Part shown: positions 48,954 through 58,809 of the stretch, one piece after another
Position numbering within the stretch: position 1 is the first letter of the stretch
Layout: the number at the start of each line of letters is the position of its first letter
Assembly: GCA_963754315.1 (NCBI GenBank)
Contig: CAVWFS010000013.1
Span: forward strand, 128,001-192,000
Source of the DNA: an uncultured Candidatus Rokubacteria bacterium
GTDB lineage: Bacteria; Methylomirabilota; Methylomirabilia; Rokubacteriales; CSP1-6
Reading direction: 5' to 3'
DNA length: 64,000 bases
Notes under the pieces: model-generated
What the model was told of the DNA's origin: nothing
The model's database searches: none
Seen by the model: only the letters and a program-made list of their open reading frames with translations
Translations under genes and position numbers: made by a program

Positions 48954-51311
48954 TTATACGCGGGGCGGGTCGGTGCTCCGGGCCCAGTTGCGGTGTTTGC
49001 GCAGCGCATCCACAAAGGCGGGCAGGTCACGGACTAGCGCCCAGTCCGAGTTGTCGCCCGCCGGAACTCCGGCGGCCTTGATCACCTCCGAACCTGCCCC
49101 CAGCATCAAGATCGGCTTGCAGTGACGGTACTGATCTTTCAGAAATTCCAGCACCTGCCCCAGCTGACTTAACTCCCTGGCAGCGTCCTTCCCATCAGGC
49201 ACGACGACGCCGTCAAAGAGCACCGAGGGGAACGTCTCGAAGGTCGCATCGGGCTCGAGGTCTGTTCCGCCAGCCACGGCGAGGGGTGCCAGGCCCGCCG
49301 CCAGCAGCCGGACGACCGCGCCATCCTGGCCGAGCGCCGCGCGTGCTCGGTCCACCGAATCCGCGCTGATCCCCGGCGCGCAAAGAATCGCGACTTTCCG
49401 CCCGCGTATGCTGCCGTCACCGGGCCGCGCGGTCAAGGACAAGGCCGGCGACTTCGTGACCTCGGGCTTGGGCGGCGCACCCACACGGGGCATGGCCTTG
49501 GGCAGCGCAATACCCAGACCTGCTGCCACCGCCCCGGCGAGCTCGTCTGACACGTTGCGCAGCATCGAGACCGTACGCTCCCGGATCGCAGGGACCTGGA
49601 CCTTGGTCAGCTCGAAGCGGAAGGCGCGCACGATGTGCGCCTTCTCGAATGGCGCCTGACTGTTCCAGAACAGGGTGGCCTGCGAATAGTGGTCCCCGAA
49701 CTTCTCAGGCTTTCCCCGAACCTTCTCGTCCGCCATTGCCTGCGGGAAACTGACGAAGCCCCGGGCGCCAGCCTGGAACGGGCAGCCCCCACCCAGGGAG
49801 TTGGGCTCGTAGGACACGCGGCCGCGATGGATGGCCTGGCGATGAAAGCCATCCCGCTGGTTGTTGTGGGCGGGCGCAATCGCCGAGTTGATGGGGATCT
49901 CATGGAAATTCGGGCCGCCTAGCCGCAGGAGCTGGGTGTCGAAATAGGAGTGGATGCGCCCGGCCAGAAGAGGGTCGTTCGAGAAATCGATGCCGGGCAC
50001 GAGATTTTGCACACCGAAGGCAACCTGCTCGGTTTCGGCAAAGAAGTTGTCCGGATTACGGTTCAGCACCATGCGGCCCACCGGCATCACCGGGACCAAC
50101 TCCTCGGGCACGATCTTCGTGGCATCGAGCACGTCGAAACTGAACTTGTCCGCCTGTGCTTCCGTGAAGATCTGTAGCCCCAGCTCGTAGGTCGGAAACA
50201 CCCCGGCTTCGATCGATTCCCACAGATCGCGGCGCGTGTAGTCGGGATCGGCGCCGGCGATCTTGACGGACTCATCCCAGTCAAGCGAATGCGTCCCGGC
50301 GACCGGGTTCCAGTGGAACTTGACGAAGCGCGACTCACCCTCGGCGTTCACCAGCCGGAAGGTGTGCACCCCGAACCCTTGCATGGTGCGGAAGCTCCGC
50401 GGCAAGGCACGGTCGGACATGACCCACATCAGCATGTGGGTCGACTCCGGCATCAGCGAGACGAAATCCCAGAACGTGTCGTGGGCGCTGGCGGCTTGCG
50501 GCATCCCATGGTGAGGCTCGGGCTTCACGGCGTGGATGAGGTCCGGAAACTTGATGGCGTCCTGGATGAAAAACACCGGGATGTTGTTGCCCACGAGGTC
50601 AAAGTTGCCCTCATCGGTGTAGAACTTCGTGGCGAAGCCGCGGACATCGCGGGGGGTGTCGGCGGAACCCCGTTCACCCGCCACGGTCGAGAACCGCACG
50701 AACACCGGCGTCCTTTTCCCTTTCGCCCCCAGGAACGACGCACGCGTGAACCGGGCGAGTGAGTCGTAGCACTCGAAAAACCCGTGCGCCGCCGATCCGC
50801 GCGCGTGCACGATCCGCTCGGGAATACGCTCATGGTCGAAGTGGGTGATCTTCTCGCGGAGGATGAAGTCCTCCAGGAGGGCGGGGCCGCGGAACCCGGC
50901 CTTGAGCGAGTTCTGATTGTCGGCAATCGGTTGCGCGAAGTTCGTCGTGAGGACTTGCCCTCCCGAATCGACCCGCGCCCGGTCCAGGGGGGCATTGCCC
51001 GGATTTGTCCCGGGCTTCGCCTCACTCCCGGTCTTGGGTGACGTGTTGACCTCGGTGAGCGTGCTGCCAGTCACCGCCGGGTCAGACGGCTTCGCGGTCG
51101 CGCCTGCCCTGGGCCTCCTGGCGGCATCCCCAATTTCGTGGGGCTTGTTCGCATTGAATGGAAATTCAGCGGCAAGGGCCTGCGTGCCCTGCGCCTTGCG
51201 CACGGCGGGATCGCCATTCGCGTTGCGCGGCCCCTTCCGGGGGCCGCTCACCGTCGACCTGGCCGCCCCCTTGCCGTTCTTACCATTGTCCGCACTCTTC
51301 CGCATGTCCAT
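48954..51311 (-). CDS. katE: Large-subunit catalase HPII with C-terminal DJ-1/GATase-like domain
   Basis: [48 protein letters not shown]. Confidence 0.95.
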   Translation of the reverse strand: MDMRKSADNGKNGKGAARSTVSGPRKGPRNANGDPAVRKAQGTQALAAEFPFNANKPHEIGDAARRPRAGATAKPSDPAVTGSTLTEVNTSPKTGSEAKPGTNPGNAPLDRARVDSGGQVLTTNFAQPIADNQNSLKAGFRGPALLEDFILREKITHFDHERIPERIVHARGSAAHGFFECYDSLARFTRASFLGAKGKRTPVFVRFSTVAGERGSADTPRDVRGFATKFYTDEGNFDLVGNNIPVFFIQDAIKFPDLIHAVKPEPHHGMPQAASAHDTFWDFVSLMPESTHMLMWVMSDRALPRSFRTMQGFGVHTFRLVNAEGESRFVKFHWNPVAGTHSLDWDESVKIAGADPDYTRRDLWESIEAGVFPTYELGLQIFTEAQADKFSFDVLDATKIVPEELVPVMPVGRMVLNRNPDNFFAETEQVAFGVQNLVPGIDFSNDPLLAGRIHSYFDTQLLRLGGPNFHEIPINSAIAPAHNNQRDGFHRQAIHRGRVSYEPNSLGGGCPFQAGARGFVSFPQAMADEKVRGKPEKFGDHYSQATLFWNSQAPFEKAHIVRAFRFELTKVQVPAIRERTVSMLRNVSDELAGAVAAGLGIALPKAMPRVGAPPKPEVTKSPALSLTARPGDGSIRGRKVAILCAPGISADSVDRARAALGQDGAVVRLLAAGLAPLAVAGGTDLEPDATFETFPSVLFDGVVVPDGKDAARELSQLGQVLEFLKDQYRHCKPILMLGAGSEVIKAAGVPAGDNSDWALVRDLPAFVDALRKHRNWARSTDPPRV

Positions 51312-51555
51312 ATCTCCCAATCGGCGTGCTTCGCCGGTAAACGCTCTGGAGAGAACAGCAGCCAGCGCACTGCTGGCCACTTCTTGGGCACGAGACCTGC
51401 CCTGCTGTCATGGTCGCGAACGAACTGGCCCCGCACTCCTAGAGAATCAGTACTTGTTTAGGGACTGTTCGCCGGCAACCTGCCGTTCGATGCGTCGCGC
51501 CGGGGTGCCGCGGCGACGGCCGTCTCACGGCCCGCGCGTGAGCCGTTCCCGACTG

Positions 51556-52065
51556 CTACGGGCCAGCCAGAGAGGGTCTCGGCGTGGCATCTCTTGAACC
51601 GCGTCCGTCCAGCACTGACTGGGCGGCGCGCTCGAGCCCCTTTTTGACGAGCGTGGCGACTGCGGCGGTCGCCGCGGCCGCCAGGATCTTTCCCATGACG
51701 GTTGGCTCGGCCGCCACTCGTTCGGGCCGATCGATCATGTGCCCCACCGCCTGGCGGAGCCGAGCCATGCGACCGAGAAGCCCCTGCTGGCGCGCGCGCC
51801 GCTCCATCCCTAACCATACGGCTCCAGCCACCGCTGCGATCAGCGCAACGGCGGTCACGGTCACTCCTACCGCGTGGCGTCTCACCTGGAGCCGCACGTC
51901 CGTCAGCTCGTGACGGCGCCGGTCGATCTCCACGACCATTCCGCCGATCTCTTCTCGCAAGATCGCGATCTCGCCCTCTAAGTGGCGTGATGCGACGCGT
52001 GGGGACTCCCCGGGCTGACTGCCCGTCTCACCGCCATTCCCTAGGCCAGATGCTCTTTCGCCCAT
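51556..52065 (-). CDS. Hypothetical protein (DUF3618/YqjK-like coiled coil plus TM segment)
   Basis: SD GGGAGG; LEGEIAILREE...IDRRRHE then a hydrophobic helix; downstream of a holin-like domain. Confidence 0.6.
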   Translation of the reverse strand: MGERASGLGNGGETGSQPGESPRVASRHLEGEIAILREEIGGMVVEIDRRRHELTDVRLQVRRHAVGVTVTAVALIAAVAGAVWLGMERRARQQGLLGRMARLRQAVGHMIDRPERVAAEPTVMGKILAAAATAAVATLVKKGLERAAQSVLDGRGSRDATPRPSLAGP

Positions 52066-53558
52066 TGCAAATCCTCCCTGAGAGTCTTTCGGGTCAAGGC
52101 CAGCGGATTCGCCACACGTCGCGCCCAGCCGACGTAGCCAAGAATCGCGCCGGCCGCCAGGAGCGCGCCACCAAGTACGAGCGCTGCCAGCCACGGGGCC
52201 ACATATGGCGCCAGGGCGAACACGGCCGCCACTAGAAGGACGTTGAGTCCCAGCACCGCGCATAGCGCGGCGATGGCCAGGCTCTTGACCATCGAGATGT
52301 AGGTCTGGAGATCCGCCTTGATCTCGGCCTTGACCAGCTCGACCTCCTTGCGGGCGAGCAGTGTCGCCTTACTCACGATTCCGCTCAGCAGGTCACGTGT
52401 CGGGACGCTCTGCGCGCGGATCGAGTCCCCCTGTTCGCTCTTCACCATCGATGCCTCCTCGGGCTGAGTTCTCGTTTCGTTTCCCATCGACGCCTGCGGC
52501 GTCTCGAGAAGCTGTCGCTCGCAGCGCAGCGCGCGTCCGAGCTGAAGGGCCTGCCGATAAACGATCTGCCACTCGTCATACGAGACAGGAAGCTCACGGA
52601 TGTCTTCCGCGATCTCGCCGACGCGTGTCTCCAGCCACGGTGAGGCCTTATGCGCCTGTGGATTCCGCTGGAAGGCCCGCCACACGTTCCGAATCTGTCG
52701 CTCGACGTCCTGAGCCCTCGGATCGAATGTTTGGTACGCGGGCGCATTCGAGAGCGCTTCCACCACGACGCCATGGGCCCACGCCGTGTCCTGCTCCCGC
52801 CCGCGCAAAAGAAGGCCATTCGGGTACAGCACGATTTCAAGGCGGGGACCGCGGAAGTAGGCGAGGCGCTGTGGAATGTATTCCCGAAAGCTTGGCCCAC
52901 CGAGCCAAAGCAGGACCCGTGAGGGTGCCGTCAGCCACCAAGGCGGCTCTCTTGTTGCGACCGGGAAGCCGTGGCTGTTCAGCGTGGCGGCGATCTCGGC
53001 GGCCACAACCTGATATGCCCGAGCATCGGTCACCAGCGGGACGTGCACATCCAAGCGGCGCCGGACCATCGACGCGATTCGCTGCATCGGCACAGTGACG
53101 AAGACGAGAAAGAAGGACACAGCAATGGCGATGGTTATCGGGATCCCGCGCAACAGGCGCACCACGGTTGATTCCCGGCGCTCCTCCATGCGGGGATCCG
53201 ACGGCACCCCGGTTCCCGGCAACGTGGAGCGGCGATTACCTGCACGGGCGGCCATGGCAACGCCGAGTGCGAACGGGACCAGGGCGGCCAGCAGGATCCA
53301 CACGAGACGGATCGCCCAGGACGGTACCGCCCCGGGCAGAGGAACGAAGGCCAGAACAGCTGTGGCGACTCTGGGCCACGCCACACCCAGCAGCAGGATA
53401 GGCCAGGCAGCGGCGCCGCCCACCAAAACTGACAACCAGATCTTTTCGCTAGGACTCGTCTGACCGAACAATGCCACCACCGCCCAACCGAAGAGGGCGG
53501 CGACGATCTTTCCGAGGGACCGGCTAACGAGCGCCAGGACCGCCTGGATCACTGCCAT
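52041..53558 (-). CDS. Membrane protein with C-terminal 'phage holin family'/YqjE-like (DUF1469-type) domain
   Basis: Several N-terminal TM segments; C-terminal LARKEVELVKAEIK, two TM segments, TRKTLREDLQWAKE. Confidence 0.75.
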   Translation of the reverse strand: MAVIQAVLALVSRSLGKIVAALFGWAVVALFGQTSPSEKIWLSVLVGGAAAWPILLLGVAWPRVATAVLAFVPLPGAVPSWAIRLVWILLAALVPFALGVAMAARAGNRRSTLPGTGVPSDPRMEERRESTVVRLLRGIPITIAIAVSFFLVFVTVPMQRIASMVRRRLDVHVPLVTDARAYQVVAAEIAATLNSHGFPVATREPPWWLTAPSRVLLWLGGPSFREYIPQRLAYFRGPRLEIVLYPNGLLLRGREQDTAWAHGVVVEALSNAPAYQTFDPRAQDVERQIRNVWRAFQRNPQAHKASPWLETRVGEIAEDIRELPVSYDEWQIVYRQALQLGRALRCERQLLETPQASMGNETRTQPEEASMVKSEQGDSIRAQSVPTRDLLSGIVSKATLLARKEVELVKAEIKADLQTYISMVKSLAIAALCAVLGLNVLLVAAVFALAPYVAPWLAALVLGGALLAAGAILGYVGWARRVANPLALTRKTLREDLQWAKEHLA

Positions 53559-53709
53559 CGTCGCTCCTCAAGACCTCTCCGCTAGACCTGACATATGCCT
53601 CGACAACACCCCGCTGGGGGAGGGATCCTCGTGATCGCCGAGCGGGTCGAATTTGGGGCGATCGGTGACGAGACAGATCTCGCCACCGACGCCCGTGTAG
53701 TGGCCGGTT

Positions 53710-54303
53710 TTACAGGAGCGACTTTCGTGCCTTCTTGGCCCGCGCCGCCCCGATCGCCGTCTTGACGTCCTTCTCTTCTTCGGGCGGCGGTAGCACGGCG
53801 GGCAGCCCCAGCGAATCGATCCACAGTTCCCGGCTCCAGCCGGTCGTGTGGTACAGATGCTCGTCCTCCTGCTCCTCGACTTCCTCGTATGCCTCTTTCA
53901 AGGCCTTGCGCTGCTCGCCGGTCGCCTTCTGGCTGACCTGCTCGATGAGCTCCCAGTTCAGATGGTCCTTCGTCTCGGCCAGCACCACGCACTCGGTCGC
54001 GACGAGCTGAGCCGCCTCGGGCGGGCCAGAGTCGAGGGCCATCTCCATCGCCCTCACGAGAGATTCGCCCAGATGCCGGACGACTAACCGACCCGGTGTC
54101 TCGGTCTTCGGATCCAGATCGAATTTTTCGACGAGGTCGAGGACAATCTCGACGTGGCGTTGGGTCTGTTGGAGGTATTCCTCCCACTCGCCCCGCAGGT
54201 CATCGTTCTGAGCACATCGCAGGGCCGTCTCGTACACCCTGACGCCGCCCTGCTCGGTCTCGAGCGCTTGCAAGAGGAGTTCGGCGACTTGTTGCTTCTT
54301 CAT
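53710..54303 (-). CDS. Ferritin-like domain protein (DUF892/YciE-YciF-like)
   Basis: QALETEQGG..VYE, QTQRH, ETKDH.NW, EEQEDEH. Confidence 0.78.
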   Translation of the reverse strand: MKKQQVAELLLQALETEQGGVRVYETALRCAQNDDLRGEWEEYLQQTQRHVEIVLDLVEKFDLDPKTETPGRLVVRHLGESLVRAMEMALDSGPPEAAQLVATECVVLAETKDHLNWELIEQVSQKATGEQRKALKEAYEEVEEQEDEHLYHTTGWSRELWIDSLGLPAVLPPPEEEKDVKTAIGAARAKKARKSLL

Positions 54304-54347
54304 GGATGCCCCCTTTTCCGCGTCCCGTGACGCAATTGCTTAGTGAG

Positions 54348-54364
54348 AGCAAGCTAGATGCCGG
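54348..54364 (-). promoter_or_regulatory. Putative sigma54 promoter for 54303
   Basis: Minus strand CCGGCATCTAGCTTGCT (GG-N10-GC). Confidence 0.7.
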
Positions 54365-54563
54365 TCACAATGGCACTCTGATTCGGCCAACCGGTCCGGC
54401 CTGATCTGCGGCAGGTTAGAACATTCTTCAAACGTATCCTCCGGCCGGGCGCCTCGAGGCTCTGACGCACAAGCTAAATCGGGCCCGGACGCGCCACGCT
54501 GGCACGCGGTCGCCAAGGGACTCGACCGGGCCCTGCACGCGGCCGGCGCATCCTTGTCGACCC

Positions 54564-54579
54564 TGGCACGGCGGCTGCT
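54564..54579 (+). promoter_or_regulatory. Putative sigma54 promoter for the DUF1003 gene
   Basis: TGGCACGGCGGCTGCT (GG-N10-GC), about 47 nt before ATG. Confidence 0.68.
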
Positions 54580-54625
54580 CAACCTGCGCCTGGCAGCAAC
54601 CAACGCCCCGGGCGGGGAGGTTTAG

Positions 54626-55147
54626 ATGAGGCGGACTGAGCAGGCCGTAACTTCAACGCCGCCGATCGCCGAAAACATCCGCGCGATCTGTGCCGTCGAG
54701 CAGGCGGCGCTCGACAAGCGGAGCCCTGCCCAGCGGGTCAGCGACGCCGTCACGCGTGCGCTCGGCAGCGCCTTCTTCGGCATCCTCCATCTCGTATGGT
54801 TCGCGGCATGGATCGGGATGAACACGTATCGGCCCTTTGGCGTCACGGCCTTCGATCCGTATCCGTTCGGCCTGCTCACGATGGTCGTCTCGCTGGAGGC
54901 GATTTTTCTGACGATCATGGTCCTGATCAGCCAGAACCGGATGACCATGCAGGCTGATCGACGTGCGCATCTCGATCTGCAAGTCAATCTGCTGGCGGAG
55001 CAGGAAGCGACGGCCATGGTGCGCATGCTCGAGCGCATCACGTTGCACCTGGGCCTGCCCGTGGAGGGCGACACCGACACCCTTGCCACCAGGACTGATG
55101 TGGAGCAGCTCGTGACGGAGCTCGACGAGAAGCTGCCCGGCCAATAG
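54626..55147 (+). CDS. DUF1003 domain membrane protein
   Basis: FDPYPFGLL, SLEAIFL, ISQNR, DLQVNLLAEQE. Confidence 0.9.
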   Translation: MRRTEQAVTSTPPIAENIRAICAVEQAALDKRSPAQRVSDAVTRALGSAFFGILHLVWFAAWIGMNTYRPFGVTAFDPYPFGLLTMVVSLEAIFLTIMVLISQNRMTMQADRRAHLDLQVNLLAEQEATAMVRMLERITLHLGLPVEGDTDTLATRTDVEQLVTELDEKLPGQ

Positions 55148-55148
55148 C

Positions 55149-55251
55149 CGGCCGCCGCTGCACCGTGAGACGGCCGCCGCTGCACCGTGAGACGGCCGCG
55201 CTGCACCGTGAGCCGGCCGCTGCACCGTGAGACGGCCGCCGCGGCGCCGTG
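55149..55251. repeat. ~22-bp tandem repeat (four units plus a degenerate fifth)
   Basis: CGGCCGCCGCTGCACCGTGAGA units directly after the DUF1003 stop codon. Confidence 0.88.
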
Positions 55252-55406
55252 CCGAGCGGAGCGATCAGGCAGCTCGCCGTCGGCTGGTACCAGGCGATTC
55301 TCTTGGCGCGACTCAGCCCGTGCACCTTCTGAATGCGCGGGCGGAGCTTCCGCGTAAAGCATTCAAGGATCGGCAGGGGTCAGCTCCGCAGGGCGACGCC
55401 AACTAG

Positions 55407-57366
55407 CTAGTTCGCGCGACGCAGGACGCGAGTGATGGCCCCGGTCAGATCAAGCGGATCGACCGGCTTTCCCAAGAGCAGGTCGAACCCCGCCCCTTTG
55501 ACTCGCGCGCGATTCTCGGCTGTCGCATGCGCGGTCACGGCGATGATCGGAATGTGCTTGTGGGCCAAGCCGGCCCGCAAGGCACCCAGGAGCATGAACC
55601 CGTCTTCAAAAGGCATCGCCAGGTCCGTCAAGACCACACTGGGTTGCCAAGACTCAACCACGTCGTACGCCCGAGGCGCAGACGGTGCTGTCCGCACATC
55701 GGCGCCAGCCTGACGTAGCATCACGGCCGCCAGCTCCAGAAATTCGGCATCGTCGTCGACGACAAGCACGCGCACACCGCGAAGTACCGCACCCGGCGTG
55801 CTTCGCTTCCGGAGCCTCGTGGTCAGCCTGTTCCATCGTGTCGCCGGTCGCCGGCGCCGCGAGTGGTAAGGTCACCGTAAAGGTCGCCCCCAAGTCCTTG
55901 CCCGCACTCTGCGCTCTCACCTGGCCGCCGTGGAGCTCAACCAGCTCACGCACCAGGGCGAGACCCAAACCCAGGCCGCCGTGCAGGCGCGTGCTAGAGC
56001 TGTCGCCCTGCCGGAATGGGTCGAACACGTACGGGAGAAGGTCCTGGGAAATGCCTTCACCGGTGTCGGCAACGGTCAACTCGACCGTCTGCTCCAACCG
56101 CCGCAAGGAAACCTCGACGCGTCCGCCACCCGGAGTGAACTTCACCGCATTCATCAGGAGATTCCACATGACTTGCTGCAGTCGGTCTGGCGAACCCAGA
56201 ACCAGGCCAGGACGGTCGACGGTCACGAAACTCAGGGCGAGGCCCTTGGCGTTGGCCGCCGGTCGCACGGTGTCCAAGGCGGCGTCCACCACTGTCCTGA
56301 GGTCGAGCACCCCGAAGTCAAGCCGCAATCGACCCGTGACGACCCGGGACAGATCCAGGAGATCCTCAATGAGACGTCCTTGAGCGGCGGCGTTCCGGAC
56401 GATGGCGTCGATCCCGCGCACTCGTCCCGCTTCATCGAGCTGGCTGCCCTGCAGCATACGCGCCCAGCCCAATATTGAGTTCAGCGGAGTCCGCAGCTCA
56501 TGCGACATCGTCGCCAGGAACTCATCCTTCGTTCGGTTGAGCGCTTCGGCGGCTTGGCGGGCTTCCTGTTCGCGGGCGAGCAGAGACACTCGTTCCTGCT
56601 CGATGCGTCGCCGCTCGCTGATGTCGCGCGCAATCTTCGAGGCGCCGACGATCCGCCCCGCGCCGTCCCTGATGGGGGATACCGTGATCGATACGTCGAC
56701 GAACCGGCCATCCTTGGTGATCCGGACCGTCTCGAAGTGATCCACCCGCTCGCCGCGCCGGATGCGCGCCAGCACGTCGTCTTCCTCCGCCCGCCGCTCC
56801 GCCGGAATGATCAGCGTGATGTGCTTCCCGACCGCCTCCGGCGCCGTCCACCCGAACAGACGCTCCGCCGCCGGGTTCCACGACGTGATGATCCCGTCGA
56901 GCGTCTTGCTGACGATCACGTCATCGGACCACTCGATCACCGCGGCCAGCCGCGCCTGCACGACCTCGATGCGCCGCCGCTCGCTGATGTCCCGCGCAAT
57001 CTTCGAGGCGCCGACGACCCGCCCCGCACCGTCCCTGATGGGGGACACCGTGATCGATACGTCGACGAGCCGGCCATCCTTGGTGATCCGGACCGTCTCG
57101 AAGTGATCCACCCGCTCCCCGCGCCGGATGCGCGCCAGCACGTCGTCTTCCTCCGCCCGCCGCTCCGCCGGAATGATCAGCGTGATGTGCTTCCCGATCG
57201 CCTCCGCCGCCGTCCACCCGAACAGACGCTCCGCCGCCGGGTTCCACGACGTGATGATCCCGTCGAGCGTCTTGCTGACGATCACGTCATCGGACCACTC
57301 GATCACCGCGGCCAGCCGCGCCTGCATCAGCGGATCGAGGCCCAGTTCGTTAGTACGCTCGGGCAT
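55407..57366 (-). CDS. Hybrid sensor histidine kinase PAS-PAS-HisKA-HATPase-REC (frameshift near 55790)
   Basis: Two PAS domains (SKTLDGIITSWNPAAERLFG), FLATMSHELRTPL, NAVKFT, GLGLGL; receiver VLVVDDD...TDLAMP...KP. Confidence 0.9.
56599..57326. repeat. 366-bp tandem duplication encoding the two PAS domains
   Basis: 56599..56960 and 56965..57326 are nearly identical at DNA level. Confidence 0.95.
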
Positions 57367-57639
57367 TGCCGACTAGGATGCGCCGCCCGGCCATCGCGGG
57401 CGACGAACAGACGATGGTAGGGTCATGGGCATCGATACCGCTCCGAAGGTGCGCCCGAGCGGGCGCCGGCTCCAGAGGAAAGCACGTGAGCTCCTTGATT
57501 TCCATGTCGATTGGCTCATTCTCGGGCGCTTTCTCGGAGAGCCTAACGTAGGCGCATCGCAAGGGCAAGATCGGCGGCCGATCGTGCCCGGTTGCCGTCG
57601 CCGCGATTCGTGGCACCCTTTGGGCATGGCGGTGCGCCG

Positions 57640-58809
57640 ATGAGGATCGTGGTGACCGGCCTGGTTGCGAGCTTTCCCCTGGGCGGAGTGGCGTGGGACT
57701 ATCTGGCCTACGTGGACGGATTTCGCAGGCTGGGTTGCGACGTGCTCTACCTCGAGGACACGGGCCAGTGGCTCTACGACCCGACACGAGAGACGTTCAC
57801 CGACGACCCCAACCGCAATATCCGCTGGCTCGTCGACGCGCTCGACACCGTCGCCATGCCGTCCGAACGCTTCGCCGTGCGGGTTCCTGACGGCACCTTC
57901 TACGGCGCCGGCCGGCAGGCGGTCACGAGTTTCTGCCGGTCGGCCGACCTCTTCCTCAACGTCTCCGGCTCTTGCTGGCTCCGCGACGAGTACCGTGGGG
58001 CCAAATGCACCGCCTACCTCGACTCGGATCCGGGCTATACCCAGGCAAAGCTCCTGGCTCAGGAACGCGGCCAGGCGACCGACGACGAATCGTTCTCGGT
58101 GGCCCTCATCCGCCAGCACGACCGCTTCTTCACCTTCGCCGAGAACATTGGCCAGCCCGACTGCGCCATTCCGGACGGCGGCCTCTCCTGGATCCCCACG
58201 CGCCAGCCGGTCGTGCTCGAGCACTGGCCGTTTTCCTTTGACGCCGACGCCGGCCGGTTCACGACGGTGATGTCGTGGAAGACGGACGTGAGCCTGCCGA
58301 TGATCGACGGCGTCCGGTACGGGGGCAAGGACGTCGAGTTCTCGCGCTTCGTCGAGCTGCCGCGACGGACCACCATCGCGATGGAGGTCGCGATCTCCGG
58401 CGCCGCGCCGCTCGATCGCCTGCGGGCGTGCGGCTGGCGAGTGGTGAGTGCCCACGAAAAGTCGGTGACCATGGATACCTATCGGACCTATCTGCGACAG
58501 GCGAGGGGCGAGTGGAGCGCGTCCAAGAACGTCTACGTGGCGCTCAGGAGTGGCTGGTTCAGTGGCCGCAGCGCGGTATACCTCGCGCTGGGGAAGCCCG
58601 TGGTGGTTCAGGACACCGGGTGGAGCAAGTACTATCCAACCGGGGCCGGCCTGTTCGGCTTCGAGACGGCGGAGGAGGCGGTGGCGGCCCTGGAGACGGC
58701 CAATGTCGACTACCGGCGTCACTGCGATGCGGCTCGAGCCGTCGCCGAAAGCGCCTTCGCCGCCGACAAGGTGCTGGAGCGTCTGCTCGCCGACTGCGAC
58801 CTCGCGTGA
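57640..58809 (+). CDS. Putative GT-B fold glycosyltransferase-like protein
   Basis: GGVAWDYLAYVDGFRRLG, D.DPG.TQ, C-terminal SKNVYV..RSGWFSGRS.VYLALGKPV. Confidence 0.7.
   Translation: MRIVVTGLVASFPLGGVAWDYLAYVDGFRRLGCDVLYLEDTGQWLYDPTRETFTDDPNRNIRWLVDALDTVAMPSERFAVRVPDGTFYGAGRQAVTSFCRSADLFLNVSGSCWLRDEYRGAKCTAYLDSDPGYTQAKLLAQERGQATDDESFSVALIRQHDRFFTFAENIGQPDCAIPDGGLSWIPTRQPVVLEHWPFSFDADAGRFTTVMSWKTDVSLPMIDGVRYGGKDVEFSRFVELPRRTTIAMEVAISGAAPLDRLRACGWRVVSAHEKSVTMDTYRTYLRQARGEWSASKNVYVALRSGWFSGRSAVYLALGKPVVVQDTGWSKYYPTGAGLFGFETAEEAVAALETANVDYRRHCDAARAVAESAFAADKVLERLLADCDLA

Noticed and set aside
51387..51403. sigma54-like motif upstream of katE (minus strand GGGCAGGTCTCGTGCC)
   Set aside because: The spacing fits but the match is weak for GC-rich DNA; not counted
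3805..53558. Prophage suggested by 'tail fibre' and 'phage holin' domains
   Set aside because: The two genes are about 47 kb apart. There is no capsid, terminase, integrase or lysin. The fibre has a signal peptide and the holin-like domain sits in a stress-gene context
55149..55251. Possible mini-CRISPR
   Set aside because: Head-to-tail units with no spacers
55770..55800. Programmed frameshift separating kinase and receiver
   Set aside because: No slippery heptamer is evident, and indels are common throughout the window
57611..57626. sigma54-like TGGCACCCTTTGGGCA before the GT-like pair
   Set aside because: Poor -12 element and very close to the ATG; not counted
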